A stretch of 59,596 bases of DNA, filler included, from Sphacelaria rigidula (GCA_964200075.2; 8 parts of 8 records of this genome joined end to end with filler, not necessarily neighbours in it); one strand, 5' to 3'; positions 11,507 to 24,359 are shown, numbered from the whole stretch's first letter. The notes: generated from the letters alone by a model not told the origin. Made by a program: numbers and translations.

Positions 11507-14500
11507 GTGAGCACAGCTACATATTTCATTTCCCTTCAACTAGGTCGAGTCTTCATTGGCCCTCATGAACAGGGCAGTGAGTAGGTCAATTTTACAAGTC
11601 GCACACCCTCTATTTATTCGGATTGGAGGCATCGGAACTACAGAATCATACTTCGGATTATTATCATACCAGGTATTTACTCTACGCTTCGACGCGCGCT
11701 CTCACGCCACCGAGCTACCCAGTATACTGCATATATATTGAGTATCGTTTTGGTGTGAGTTGGTAAAATTCATTTGGCGAATCTTGATTGCAACGCGATA
11801 TATCCTTTCTCTGGTTTTCGCTAGCTTTTTCCCGTGAACGGCAACCGTGACCTTGGTGCTTGTTTCATCGTTTCGGCAGTCGACGCCCGCCTGATGCCCA
11901 CTCCGGCCCACCGCAAACGCCCCCCCTCAACCCACGGGAAACTTCCGCTACATGCGTGTACTTACGGTTTCCTTGTCTCTATCAGAAACCTGAACGGGTG
12001 TCCGAGATGTTGACGCTGGCAATAAGCAGCTTTCGCCATCGGAGCCTAGAAGGGCGGACACACAGCTTGTTCATGTAGGCAAGCCTACTACCTGTTGAGA
12101 CTTTTTGAAGGTGGCACTTATGTTGCCAAGGGACAGTGGAAGGAAGCGGAGGAGGGTTGGGGCGCGCACCATGCTTTGCTTACCTTCTGGCAGTGTGTCG
12201 ATAAACCTGCTTGCTCCGGCGTACGGGGCGTAGGGTATCTATCATCTATCGATTCTCTATTCGTTTATTGTATCGCTTCTTTTCTTTAATAGTATGTCAA
12301 AGTACCAATTCAACTTCTTTGTTGGTTTTGTTCATTTTTCCCTGCTGGCACAGCGTTTTTGCTCGTTATCTTGTCTGGGGCATCTCAAGAGGAGTCGGCG
12401 GTACATTTTCAGCCGTGTAGGGGGTTCATCTGACAACCGTGGTGGGAGTTGTGGCCACCGAAAGCCGCCGAAACTGGCTCTATTTTGCGGGGTACAGATT
12501 CCAGGAAAACTGGAACAGGCGAGACCATTTGGTTTTTTCTATGGGTTTTTCTTATAGTGTTTTCCCATTCTTCTAATTTTTCCCCAGTAACGAACAGCGG
12601 CAATAATGTCTGATGTGAACACATGTGCTACAAAGTTTGTTATTAGTGTTCGGCCTTCACAAGTGTCTATCCCATTCGGCTTGCGTCGCCCCCGGGAGGC
12701 ATGTGCATACCTCGCGTAGGGAAGCCTTGTATACTATATTTCCTTCCTCCTGGGGCGTGAGGAACACTGGAAACATTGGGTCCGTCTCGCTGATTATATT
12801 GTTTGGCACTCACGAGGCATCCTACAATAAGGGGGGGGGGGTATTTTTGGGCCATTTCTTGCACGAAATTCCGAGTCAACTCGTGGTTGAAAGCAGGAAC
12901 GGTTGCTCGAACGAGCTTCTTATGGATAAATAACGCTCATTCATACCGATAGACGCAGTTGTGAACCAAATGCAAGCGCACGGCGAGTGCGGCAGGTCGT
13001 CTGACACATTAATGGGGCTCTTTTTTCATGCAACCAAATACCCCTATCGTAGGATGACTCTCACTACGGCTGTGTCCAACACAGGGCTGAGGCACACATC
13101 ATAGCAGCACCACATCCTTGGTTCTGCTTGTTGCGGGATGCTGTAGTCGATGTGACATCGTCGGGGTGTGGTTCGATAAGACTCCTGGAGTTTTATCAGG
13201 TATTGAAACTGGTTTGGGTTTAATGAGAAATGTATGAACGATGTTGTTTTGTTATGTTTGTAGCATTTTTTTACTAGCTCTCTACCCTGAAACATCCATG
13301 CGGACCCGTGGTCTCAAAACCAGGGCACATTCGACGCCGTATGATGGTTTGACTGGAGTTCAGTTGGTCTTCTTGAGAACAGCGGTTAGCTTAATTAGTT
13401 GAGGCTACCTGAGTCTGTCGCCGAGCTAAATAGCGGTTGAGACATACTTCGAAGTACGTATGACACTGAATATACCAGTAGGTATGTAGGAGATAATGGT
13501 TATAAGTTCAGAGAAGAGTTTTTCATTTGACAGGGTTGCGTGGTGGTAACATCCACTCCTTCGTTCCCGTGTGAGTATCCCTGCTGGCCTGGCTCGCCGC
13601 TTGGACGGCCGAATACACACATTTGCTTCGGCTCGAGAATTCTCGTATTATGTGTCGTTCCGTTTTTACGTGCGGCAGTGTTCTACTAGTGTCACCACAA
13701 AATGAAATGCCCGCAACCAAAACAAATCGAACTCAATGCGGTATGCACTCGGTGCATTTTTGTCCCCATCAACTCATCAACCACTATATACTATGATCAG
13801 GCTAACCCACAAATCGACGCTGACGATCATGTTATTGCTATCCCCTGCGGAGCTATCCACCTCTCCCCCTCCTGTTACGGTATTACCACTTGGCACGGTC
13901 ACCTATCCACATTTTGCAGCTTGGTTCCACCCTTTCTTGAGCGACGGGGCGGCGGGTGGGAAAGCCCATCGATCCTCTGCGAAGCGTGCTAGTTCTTGCC
14001 TACTTGTTACCTACTCGCGCTGCTTAGACCAGTAGGTCGCTGCAAAATGAAGGCCACTCGTTGCTGGTGACAGTATCACTCGTGCGTGCGGCAACCTAGG
14101 TACGATGGCCAACTTTTCTACTGGCAGCGGCACTGCAGATGATGAACAAGGACAGACGACGTACAGCATATATAAGCACACATATTGTTTCCGTACATAC
14201 GTCCCACATCGTCAGAACTCGTACACACCTCCGCAAACACCGCTGTCATAATGAACGCTACATCTTCGATCGCGGACGTTATTGACTGTTGAGACTCAAA
14301 CCATCGGGCACTGAACGACATTCTACGATGTTGGTACCGAGGGAAAACATCAAGGAAACATCTTTTGTGTCTCTCTGAACCAATCATGGTTGTACAGACG
14401 TATGTCTGTAGGGTCACGTGCGGGTACCCCATCTAGGAGCATCTCGATGTTATATTGTGTGATTTGTAACCGCAGGTGAAACCCAGTTCGTGTGGAATAC

Positions 14501-16459
14501 AGTATAACGACAGAGGGACACGTTCGCTCAAAAAAACGGACAGGCCCGACGAGAACGAGCTAGGTTCCCCAGTTGCGTACGCAAGCTCCCCTGATCTGGG
14601 CAGTATTCTGTACCAACCCTCGTGCACTATCGCATAGTGGTTACCCAGCCGGCAACGTACTCGTATCGTTGTTATTATTATCGTTATTGTTACAAGCTGG
14701 GCAAGCAGTAAGCAACAGTGCATCCTAGAAAATGAGGGTGATGAAAAATATGGGGTTGAAGTAGCATTTAACAGCCGATTTTATATTTTGGGGTTCATAC
14801 AAAATATGGGGCTGAAGTGGCATATCNNNNNNNNNNNNNNNNNNNNNNNNNNNNNNNNNNNNNNNNNNNNTTAATTAATTAANNNNNNNNNNNNNNNNNN
14901 NNNNNNNNNNNNNNNNNNNNNNNNNNGGGGGGGGGGGGGGGGGGGGAGGGGGGGGCGGGGGGGGGCGGGGGGGCGGGTGGGGGGGGGGGGGCGGGGGCAA
15001 ACATCAACTCACGGTAGGTGCAGCACACGTGCCTTGAACCCCGTTCATAAGTAAATCTAGGGCACACAGCGAACTCTTTTACCACGGATCCCGACGAATG
15101 CCCACACAGACAACCACCAACCTTCCAAAATGATAAATGACGTGTTGATGACGGTACCCAGAAGCTACGCTAACTCCCAATGCTGCTGCACACGTTTCAG
15201 ACATTCGATGAACTCCTTCGTGTGGAGTGTTTTGTAATACAATATATAAATATAAAACACACACCCTTTGCTGCCGGGAAGAACCCACCCTATTACTTTT
15301 GTTCTAATATTATGATGATTATTATAAATCTGATGATCATAATTATGATCATCATCCTTACTTCCGCACATTTGCCCAATCGTGAACGGATTTAAAAAAA
15401 TCCAAAAACGTAAGTACATGCCCAATACTGTAGGATGATGACTCGGACAGGTTAACTTGCATTGCATACCGTACCCGAAGAAAGCATTGTTTCCGACTTG
15501 ACTTGCTTGTTGTATGCACTATCCCTGTGGTTCGTGTAAAATTCCTATATCATACTTCTTATGTTCCATAAGTAAAGGTCCTTATGATTACACAGATCCT
15601 TAACGGTGTCTGACGCCATAGTCGGTAATTTTTTTATAATCTCTGGCGTTTTTTTAGTTGGAATCCATATATATATATATATATATAGATGTACATGTAT
15701 CATTTCGCATTCCCCACCACTTTTGCATAGTTTTCTCTGGCGGCAAGGCATTCTTTCCCGAGCTTTCTTTTGGGATTCATCTGATACCTGTGGCGCGTGT
15801 TCTGGCCACCTAAAGTCGCTCATACTGGCTTTTTTCGCGGGGTGTCGATCCCGGACCACAAAAGCCTCTTCAAGAGCATGGAAAACTTGAAACAGGAACA
15901 CCGGACCACAAAAGCCTGTTGATGATCATGGAAATATTCGAACAGGACTACTTTTGGCGGGGTGCTTTCCACCCGCATTTCACTTTGTCGCGTTCTCGTT
16001 CATTTGGGAGCACGAACACACCGGTTGTGCCGCCAATGTCACCAAAACGTGAGAGCAAAGCAGTTGAAAACCATTAAACATCGCCTTGACCTTAGTCAGG
16101 AGCAAACACAAGACCGTGCAATGGGCCGTTGGCGAGATCAACAAGGCACGCCAGCACGGCAGAAAAGGAATGCTTTGCTGCAAAAAACAATCACTCTGTT
16201 GAAAAAAAAGCCCCCGTGATGTGGAAGCCACAGTAATCGCATTCCAGTTTTTCGGGAAGTGCCTCCGGCTGTCATTTCTTTGTGCCACGAGAGCTACTTC
16301 GCACTCTGGCACCTCGGGTATAACACACATGTCCTACGCCGGCGGTTCCGCCGTCGGCCTCCGTCCGAATCCTCATATTTCCGGACGACATCCGATCTTT
16401 TGTACAGCCACGATCACTACTGTACACTGAGATATAACAGCCTCTCTTAACCATATATT

Positions 16460-16512
16460 CTCGACTCGCGTCACCCCCGGGAGGCCCGTACAAACCTCCC
16501 GAAGGAACCTTG
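16460..16512 (+). mobile_element. Helitron/helentron-like terminus (hairpin plus CTTG|T); second copy at 40243-40295
   Basis: gcgtcacccc-CGGGAGG-cccgtacaaa-CCTCCCG-aaggaaCCTTG|T. The near-identical copy at 40243-40295 also ends CTTG|T, and the sequences diverge after it. Confidence 0.5.
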
Positions 16513-16543
<31 letters not shown>

Positions 16544-17583
16544 GCACGCACCACCCTGCATGTATGGACGGCCGAAAAATAAGTAGTCGGCCCAAAAGAG
16601 GCCGTATTTCGCTTCCTTTCCAGGTGCAAAAAGTGTCGAAAAAAACACAAAAATACTTTCGTGAATCGTCCTCGCCGTCATTGGGGCTTGATGCTAGGAT
16701 AGTCCCCAGACCTTGGTGAAGGCCCCCTAATCATATTTCACCACCTTTTATAGCTTTGCACTTGGGCCAATATTTTTTTAGTAGCCAGCACCAATACCGT
16801 AACGCTCCGCCATGAGGGCTAGAGCGCCCTTGGGCACCCTTCATTCGCCTGGTGGAATGGCCAACGCTATCTCCACCGCCATGGCGTAACGGCGGCCCAA
16901 CGATATTTCGGCGCCTCGTTTACGTTTTTTATTTTTATTTTTCTTTTTCTTTTCTTTTTTTTTTTTTTTGGGGGGGGGGGGTATCCATCGTGATTGTGGG
17001 ATGCGGTGGGCCTCCAAACGTCGTGGATAGTATAAATTATCGAAAGTATTCTAAACCAATTCCCAAAAAACCTGCCAAATTTCCCACTTTTTGACCCACA
17101 AGTGTTCAGTAAGTCCGAGTTGGATATACGTATATATACGTATATATATATTTTATGAGCATCACCGTATCAACAGCTTTTTTTCAGCAAACCTAACTTT
17201 AGCATCGTAGGCAACTCCATTGGCGAGATTCGATCTGCCCCCGTGAAGACTGTTACTTATGGGACAGAGAAAGTATATACTTTTTGCTACATGTGTACTG
17301 ATTCAACTCATGAAGTGTATGCCTATACGGTTCCGCGCTCATGAAAGATCAACAATCAATCGCTGCTATGTTCGGTATTATTACCGGTAACAACCATTCC
17401 TGCTCAGCACCGACTGATTCTTAGGCTATCCTACTCCTGCGCGCATGCGCCATCATCTCAAAAAACAATACCAACTCGTAGGTCAAGAAGACGTCGCTTG
17501 TATTCAATCGTCATTCGAATCTCACCCGCTCCCACAAAACACACATTTCCGCTCCGCTGGTTAGACTACAAATATTTCAAGGG

Positions 17584-17920
17584 CCGGTCGCCCCGGTGGC
17601 TCAGTTGGAAACCTCGAATCCCTCTGACGGTTGGGTCGGGCGTTCAAATCTCGGAGCGATTTGGGATTTCTGCTCACACAATGCCCAACAGTGAAGAGCG
17701 ACTATGTCGTGGGTGCACAAAATCCGTCTGAACGGTCGACAAGAGAAAAGAACTGCTGAGCCCCTCTCGCGAAAAAAGAAAAAAAGGCAAGCACCGCAGA
17801 AGGAAGATGGAGAACTAAAACAAACAAAAAAGGAGAGACTCCTGTCCTTCCTCCTGAGGTATCCCGGCTGGTGCACGCCCACATGTACCGAGAGGTGTAG
17901 ACCGACGTACAGAATAATAG
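17584..17920 (+). mobile_element. tRNA-derived SINE (near full length)
   Basis: A box TGGCTCAGTTGG at 17597 and B box GTTCAAATC at 17642. The body atgcccaacagtg.agagcgactatgtcgtggg is shared with 22167-22288, 59524-59596 and (minus strand) 29731-29750. Confidence 0.8.
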
Positions 17921-18312
17921 ATGGGATGACAAGACATTTCAAGGGTGTGCTGGATAATTTGAAAAATCGTACTCCAAGTACCCAAAACTCGAGTAGAGTG
18001 CTAAGATCGTACTCAACAATTACAAGATATGGCGTACAGTAATGCGATCATACCCAGCTCTACCCAATATTCGGGGTAGAAATTGGAGATCGGACCGTCG
18101 CAATACAAAATTTGGGAGAGTAAATACGCGGATATTTACCGTACACAACAACATACCCTTGAGAACATTTTGCACTTCATGCCGCTCGGGGCGGCGACCA
18201 TGGCCAAACCGGCACGGCATGGGAGAGGCAACACGCTTCCCCCACCCCGCGCGAGATGTTTTACGTACCGCGCTCTGTGCTATCCATCGGCGGTCCACAC
18301 TCCAATAATAAC

Positions 18313-18594
18313 CTGTTCAATCCTCCTCACCTCCTGCATTATGGTTGACTCCTGTATATCTTCCCACACTTCATCGCAGTGTGTGTCAATCTCCTCGACA
18401 TTGGCACCTCTATCATCTTCACCTCCATAATCAAAACCGTAGTCGCCATCTTTCTCCTCGCCCTCTCGTGAATCGCCAACATCATAGGCCGATACCCGTT
18501 TGCTGCCCGCTGCCGCCGCAGGAAAAGGCCCGTGCCCACTGCTCTCCACCTCAATTTCAACTTCGGGGGAGTTTTGGCACGACGGAGGTGCCGC
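18313..18594 (-). CDS. Probable isolated internal exon of an unidentified acidic/low-complexity protein
   Basis: ttttcacAG acceptor, 282-nt (94-codon) open phase-0 exon AAPPSCQ...EVRRIEQ, then a GT donor. No recognisable domain. Confidence 0.45.
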
Positions 18595-18879
18595 CTGTGA
18601 AAAAATCCATGAGGAACGAAACAGAACACGCACCGAATGTATGAGAATAAAGTTATTTGAACTGGCAATAGCTGAGAAGCATACCGCAGTGATACTTGAA
18701 AAAAAAATGATATGCTACGGCCAACTTACCTACAGCCATATCAAAGGTGTCTGTGTCTACCTTTCTTGACCCGAGTCATCACCACCTTCCCCTTGTGGGG
18801 TGGTAGCAAGGGGGCAGGGTGGGGGGAGGGGGGGCTCGAGTCATAACCGTTTTTTTTGTGAATCGAGAGTGGGGGGAGT

Positions 18880-19175
18880 GAGGTTGTACCCATGATCATG
18901 GATGCCGTAGTCACAAGGTCATTGACCTCGCATACCTACAGAGCCGGGACGGAGCACGCCGGGTATTTCGCCCGACCAGGCTCGCTCTCAATCACCAAGC
19001 GCAAAGCGCCGTGATATGTTCGGCGACTCGCATGAAGGGTGAGTTACATCCTGCTTAGATTGTTCGGCTCGAAGCGTACCAATTATATTGCATATATGGC
19101 TGACAGCCTCCAATGAGTTGCTTCATGCTTCATTTTCTGGGAATTCCACTTTCAGAGGCAGTCCACGGATTAACA
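18880..19175 (-). mobile_element. Non-LTR retroelement family B, diverged 5'-truncated copy
   Basis: Aligns by eye to 19497-19790 and 49332-49640, with a G-rich tract at its 3' junction. Confidence 0.75.
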
Positions 19176-19304
19176 CTGCCCCACGTCTGTGACCGCGGGT
19201 TCGATAAATTGGACCAATGTGCAGAAATAATGATGGGTGCCTCGCCATCCAAATGAACACCACGGAGGACGCGCGGGGGAAGGGGTGAAGGGTGGACGGT
19301 AGAC

Positions 19305-19491
19305 GGGCGTACTCATTTTTTGCTTGTCTTAGTTGTTCGACTATTGATCATGCATTCCTCTCGAGGCGGAGCACCGTTCCTACTCCTGATACAGACACCT
19401 CTACAATTTGTCGCTCACTACGTTTCTTCCATACACCATACAAAAACCTTTCCCATATCGTATCTCCTTCCTGTTTCGCCGTCTGTGGCCA
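19305..19491 (-). mobile_element. LINE family A 3' fragment, abutting the C-tract of the family-B copy
   Basis: Reverse strand encodes WPQTAKQEGDTIWERFLYGVWKKRSER...NKNEY-like text ending aatgagtacgccc. Homologous to 29918-30100. Confidence 0.8.
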
Positions 19492-19496
19492 GGGGG

Positions 19497-20015
19497 AGGG
19501 GGGGTGTACTCATGATCTTGCATGCCATAGTCATACGACCATTGACCTTGTATCGATCCCTACAAAGCCGGGCGGAGCACGCCAGGATTTCATCGGACCA
19601 GGCTCGCAATGAATCACCACGCGCGAAGCGACGTGATGCGTGAGGCGACTCGCATATAGGGTTAGCTGCATCCTGCCGAAATTATTCGCCCAAAGCGTAC
19701 TGATTATCTTGCATTTGGATATCAGCCTCGACTGAGTCGCTTCATTTTCTGGTGTCGCCACTTCCAGAGACAGCCACGACTTGTACACTGCCTCATGGGT
19801 GTCTCACCATTTACACACTACGTAGAACGATCATCCCCTTTGCGCGAAGTTGAGGTTCTCCCACGCCGCACAATATGGTCTAGCTCGACAACCATCATGG
19901 TTACCGCAAAACTAACGCAGCGCGAGAAAAAAACCCAGTAACCAAGTGGCCTAGCTTACTCAGTGAGTGGTGTGTTTTACAGCGCTATCGCCACCCGACA
20001 CCAACCTCATAGGGG
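19497..20015 (-). mobile_element. Non-LTR retroelement family B (~520 bp; SINE-like or truncated LINE), longest copy; matching copy at 49332-49865
   Basis: Colinear with 49332-49865 over its whole length with a similar 5' boundary. The 3' end is gtcaatggtcgtatgactatggcatgcaagatcatgagtacacccccc. Confidence 0.8.
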
Positions 20016-20048
20016 GTTGGTCCACCAGGGGGGGGGGGGGGGGGGGGG

Positions 20049-20097
20049 GCGGACTCATTTGTTACTTGCCTCAGTCATTTGACCAATGACTACGCCA
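20049..20097 (-). mobile_element. ~50-bp 3' tip of LINE family A between two G/C tracts
   Basis: Reverse strand gcgtagtcattggtcaaatgactgaggcaagtaacaaatgagtccg. Flanked by G runs at ~20028-20049 and 20098-20104. Confidence 0.75.
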
Positions 20098-20109
20098 GGG
20101 GGGAGTCGA

Positions 20110-20517
20110 AAGATCTCCGGGCTTACATTCACGTACTGAGTGATACACCCATGCTGCAAGTTGATGATGCATGGACGGGGGTGTTTCGCTACTGCCAAAC
20201 TTGGATACACGAGGCAGGGGGCAGCGAGGGTCACCAGGTTCGCTTGTTGGCCTCATCACCCCGTGTACTCTATATAACCGTTACCCGAGCGCTGGAAAAG
20301 ACGCGCCTTCTTGCGGCTATCTGGGGATGCGGGTGCGGAAAGCGGTCGCGCCGCCGATGGTGCGGACCCAGACAATGCCCGCCGCGCAGTGCTATTGCTT
20401 TCACGACCGCCGTTGGTCTTCGTCGCGTAGCCCGGAAGGAAACGCTTGAATCGCGCTGCGAGCTCGTGATCGGACCTGTGTTTTGATCGGTTCATTCATT
20501 CATTCATTCATTCATTT
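20110..20517 (+). mobile_element. Probable retroelement 3' end with (TTCA)n tail
   Basis: Non-coding GC-rich stretch ending gatcgg followed by about six TTCA units (20491-20517). Confidence 0.4.
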
Positions 20518-20841
20518 GTGCATGCAAGAAATCGTAATGCCCATCACACCGTACTGTCAATGACGATGCGCAATCAGTCAAAATGGTGATGATTATATGG
20601 CAACTCATGACGGCATAACGATGACGATGACGATGACGATGGTAAATCACGACGACCATCACCAAACGTGTAAATTACCTCGCTTCGGCCCTGCCCCGTC
20701 TTCTTTGAGAATGAGAATAAGAGTGACGAACAAACAGCCCGCTCGTGGGAATCGTTTGGCGTCCCCTTGCGCATTTCGTTTCTTATCGGATTGTTCCTCC
20801 GCTCTCACAAATGTTACTTTCAAAATGATTCCTCTTGATGA

Positions 20842-21028
20842 GAGCCTGTCTTAGCACATGAGTTTTCGATCGAAAGAGTGCGGTGGAAAACAAAAATCCT
20901 GATCTGATCGGTCATGATTTCAACCATCTTCAAAAGTTACGATGGTTGAAATCACGACCTATCAGATCAGGATTTTTGTTTTCCACCGCACTCTTTCGAT
21001 CGAAAGCTCATGTGCCAAGACAGGGCTC
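20842..21028. repeat. Near-perfect foldback (arms ~87 bp, 12-nt loop at 20929-20940)
   Basis: The left arm gcacatgagttttcgatcgaaagagtgcggtggaaaacaaaaatcctgatctgatcggtcatgatttcaaccatc is the reverse complement of 20941-21015 with 3 mismatches, and pairing extends ~12 bp further. Confidence 0.95.
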
Positions 21029-22166
21029 GAGAAAGATAATGAGAGCGTGAACTGTTTTTTGCCGTGGGCTACAGTGATCGTCATGGCCATCCTCGTTTTT
21101 TTCTTCTCTCGATGCAACGGGACTTGAAATACGACAACATAACACAACATGTACGCCGTGTACATGGCGCGGGGGTGGACGGACGCGTGTACTACATACA
21201 TGGAAACAAACAAAAAACAAGAGCCGACAAATCGAGTACGGGTGCACCAAGCATACCAAGTCACGCCCGTCAAGTGAGTATACGGGTATTGTTGACGGCT
21301 CAGGTGCCTGCCGACATGCAGTTAGACGTCAGTTGGCTGGGCTCCTGGGAGGAGTGCTACGGAAAACCACAGTGATTATTTCGTTGAGAAACGACGCCCA
21401 CCTAGCTAGAAACAGGTAGTTTGAGCCCGAGGGGGTAGTGCTAGGTATTTGATGTCTGTCATACTTGTTCGTGCTCGAGCCACGATCACATACATTGATC
21501 CTGACACGTGGAGATGAATTCACAGCGCGAGAAGCTGTGCCAACAGCACAGTACAACACCACAGGCAGTCCTGTACGTACTGTACGACGATTCAACAAGC
21601 CGTGCATCAGCGTAACTGAGCATCGTATACACAGAGGAGTAGAACGCTCAAGCGCTTACCCACACAAGTCATGCCAAAAACATGCTGGGCGTCCATCATG
21701 TGCCTTTAAATTGTGCTGATTTCGAGCAAATCTGACTAACAAATGAGCCCATGCATCGTATGTGGCGTCTATCCACAGCTTTCTCTTCTTCACTTTTTCT
21801 TCATTTTTTCATGTTTTAGTCTACTATGTCGTTCTGTTCGACTTTTTCTGTTCCTTCTTTTTCCTTCAGCGAGTGTTTAGTGTTACGTCCATCATGTTAC
21901 CACGGCTGAATACTCGGGGAGTCTGTCAAAGTGCGACAATCAATCGATCAGTCAATCAAACGATACCAAATTAAATCCACGCCTGCAGCGACATCCTTCA
22001 AAAACTTGCACGAATCGGAAAAAATGACAATCGACGCCCATTGACCCCCGGGGTGGCATATCTGTTGAAAATCAGCATCATCTTCACTGGAACAATCTAG
22101 ATCTAAAACCCAGATGACCCACCCTGACGATAGGGGGGTTGTTCATGGGAATATACTTTTGTACAA

Positions 22167-22288
22167 CCAGTCGTCCCGGTGGCTAAGTTGGTAACCTCGT
22201 AACCTTCTGATGGTTGAGTTGTGGGGTTCAATTCCCGGAGCGATCTGGATTTTTTCTTACACCATGCCCAACAGTGGAGAGCGACTAT
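22167..22288 (+). mobile_element. tRNA-derived SINE, cut by contig end
   Basis: A box TGGCTAAGTTGG and B box GGTTCAATTCC. Homologous to 17584-17705. Confidence 0.8.
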
Positions 22289-22388
22289 NNNNNNNNNNNN
22301 NNNNNNNNNNNNNNNNNNNNNNNNNNNNNNNNTTAATTAATTAANNNNNNNNNNNNNNNNNNNNNNNNNNNNNNNNNNNNNNNNNNNN

Positions 22389-24359
22389 CACGTGCGCTTG
22401 CTACATCAGGGTTATCTACATGATCATCTGGAGGAGCCCGTCTCTGGTGACGCGTGTAGCGCACGAAAGGATCGGCGGCTCCAGGAGCTATTGAAATGAG
22501 TTCTTGGACAGTCGAGCCTAGGTCACGCTCTCGGCGCACCACCTGAGTCGCTGTCACTTGGGGTTCCATTCCAACCCGCTGAACGACGGAAAGCATGGGT
22601 TCTTTGCGGTTGCGACCCTTCAAAGAATGATGACGCTCATCAAATAAAAGGGAATCGGGTACCGTAGTTTTTGCGGAACTCGGTAGGGTGGTTAGCCGGG
22701 GACTTGAGCAGTTGGGGAATGCTCGAGTGTGAGGCTTCAAATTTTGTGTCCTCCGATGAACGGTCGGAGCAGCAGTATATATCGTACCAGAAGATATTTC
22801 GGCTCCTGATGCGTGAGAAACTGCACTACATGACTTCCTCTTCTTTGAAGGGAGGGGATTCGATTGAATAGGATTAGTGCCTGATAAATGTAAAACTGGG
22901 TGATCAAATTCAAGGTTAAAACGTGGGGGTTGGTCACCGCTCAAATGATAGCCATGCAACGGTGCACGGGCTTCGACTGTCTTGGAACCCTTCAAGGCAG
23001 TGTCAGCATATCCAGGGAATCCACACCACATGGTTGAAACCGCGGTGGCCGCCGTTGATTCGTGCGTGCGATGTGTGTGACCTGGCCGAGCGAAAACAAG
23101 TTGTTGACATGAAATTGTTTGATACTTCTGCAGTGAATTACCGGTCATTGTTCATTTCTAATTGTGGGATTGTACCAACTAAATGAGACGTGACTTACAG
23201 AAGTAGAAAATAAATAGGCAGGGGGCGGGGCTTAGCTTTTGGGCTAAGCAACGCGTCCTGGGTTACCCCACTGTATGCTATTTGGAATCTCCGTAACTTG
23301 TAGAACGTTCCCACAAGGTTGTCAAGTTGTGAGGTGAGCATCAATGCTGTGTGGGTACCGCCCTGGCGGGTTCAGCCGCGGCACTAGGTCCACTCAAGTA
23401 TAAACGTCTACCGTTTTGTGAGTGGGCCGGTGCATGTGATTGAAAGTGTGCCAGGTCAGGTGGGTCAGGCGGTGAATCAGTTGTCGCCTTGGGGGCGGAG
23501 CAGGCGACCGTACGAGCGCAGTTGTGATTTCCAGACTTGCCAACATAGTCCAAAATGATGCGAACCTTCCAAGTGTATTCTTGTCAACAGCTTATATTCT
23601 TGCTCCGCAATTTCCAGAGCCTTTGTGGATGTGCGTATCGCACGTTGTAGTTCGTTCTGTTCTGTTGGCTTTTTTTCGGGGTGGAAATCTACATTATGGT
23701 AGGCCTGAGCGGACTCCTGGACCCTTAAAGATACCTGTAGGCGGGAAAATTCCAACTCTCTGCGCTCGAGTTCCATGTGGTGTGCTAGATCGTTTCTGCG
23801 GATCTGATCCCAGCACGCTGTCTGTTCAGCCTCTGAGAAGTTTTACCAATGGCGCGGTGGAATGAAGGCCGGACGCTTTTGCCGAAGCCGGTCGTTTGTT
23901 TCGTCATTCGTGGGCAAGTATTGTTTCAATCTGGGCGACGGATCAAACGCCAGAGTGGGGCGATCAGAGGATTCAGCACCGGTTTGGGTGCGGAGGTTAT
24001 CGCCAGGGAAGGTTTTCGTAGCATCAGGGCTCACGTGAAGAGATGCCATCTGAGAATGAAAAGTGGGAACAGCGTCAGCGTTTTGGGTGGCTGCTTGGTG
24101 TGTAGTGGTATGTTCAGAGGGAGGGGGGGTGAGCATGGGGAGAACTACGGTCCTCATCAAAATCTTCAGCCACATCTCTGAAAATATGTCCTGCAAGAAT
24201 GCTATTATCGTCGAAACAGTTCGATTTGGTGTTGTCAACCGTCTCACTACGCATGGTTTGGGTTGACTTGTACGGTTGTTCACCAGTGTCTGTAGGGATC
24301 ACACCGTTCTTCGTGACATCGTGCTCCGATGAAGTCGAAGGGCGGTTGATATCAGACAT
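22389..24359 (-). pseudogene. Decayed ~2-kb intronless ORF (possibly TE gag/ORF1), unidentified
   Basis: Overlapping minus-strand ORFs 24114-24359, 23843-24283, 23477-23776 (same frame as the previous one, separated by one stop), 23341-23553 and 22389-23148. Contains a coiled-coil-like segment but no diagnostic motif. Confidence 0.35.

Noticed and set aside
14927-14997. Poly-Pro ORF / G-quadruplex tract at contig start
   Set aside because: Low-complexity G run at an assembly edge, so the sequence is unreliable.
17584-17660. tRNA gene
   Set aside because: A/B boxes are present but there is no cloverleaf or terminator, and it continues into a body repeated elsewhere, so it is a SINE head. The same applies to 22167-22240.
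22737-22937. Tyrosine-recombinase-like phrase LLVRYILLLRPF
   Set aside because: Lies in a short alternative frame overlapping a longer ORF, and no convincing catalytic R-HxxR-Y set was found.
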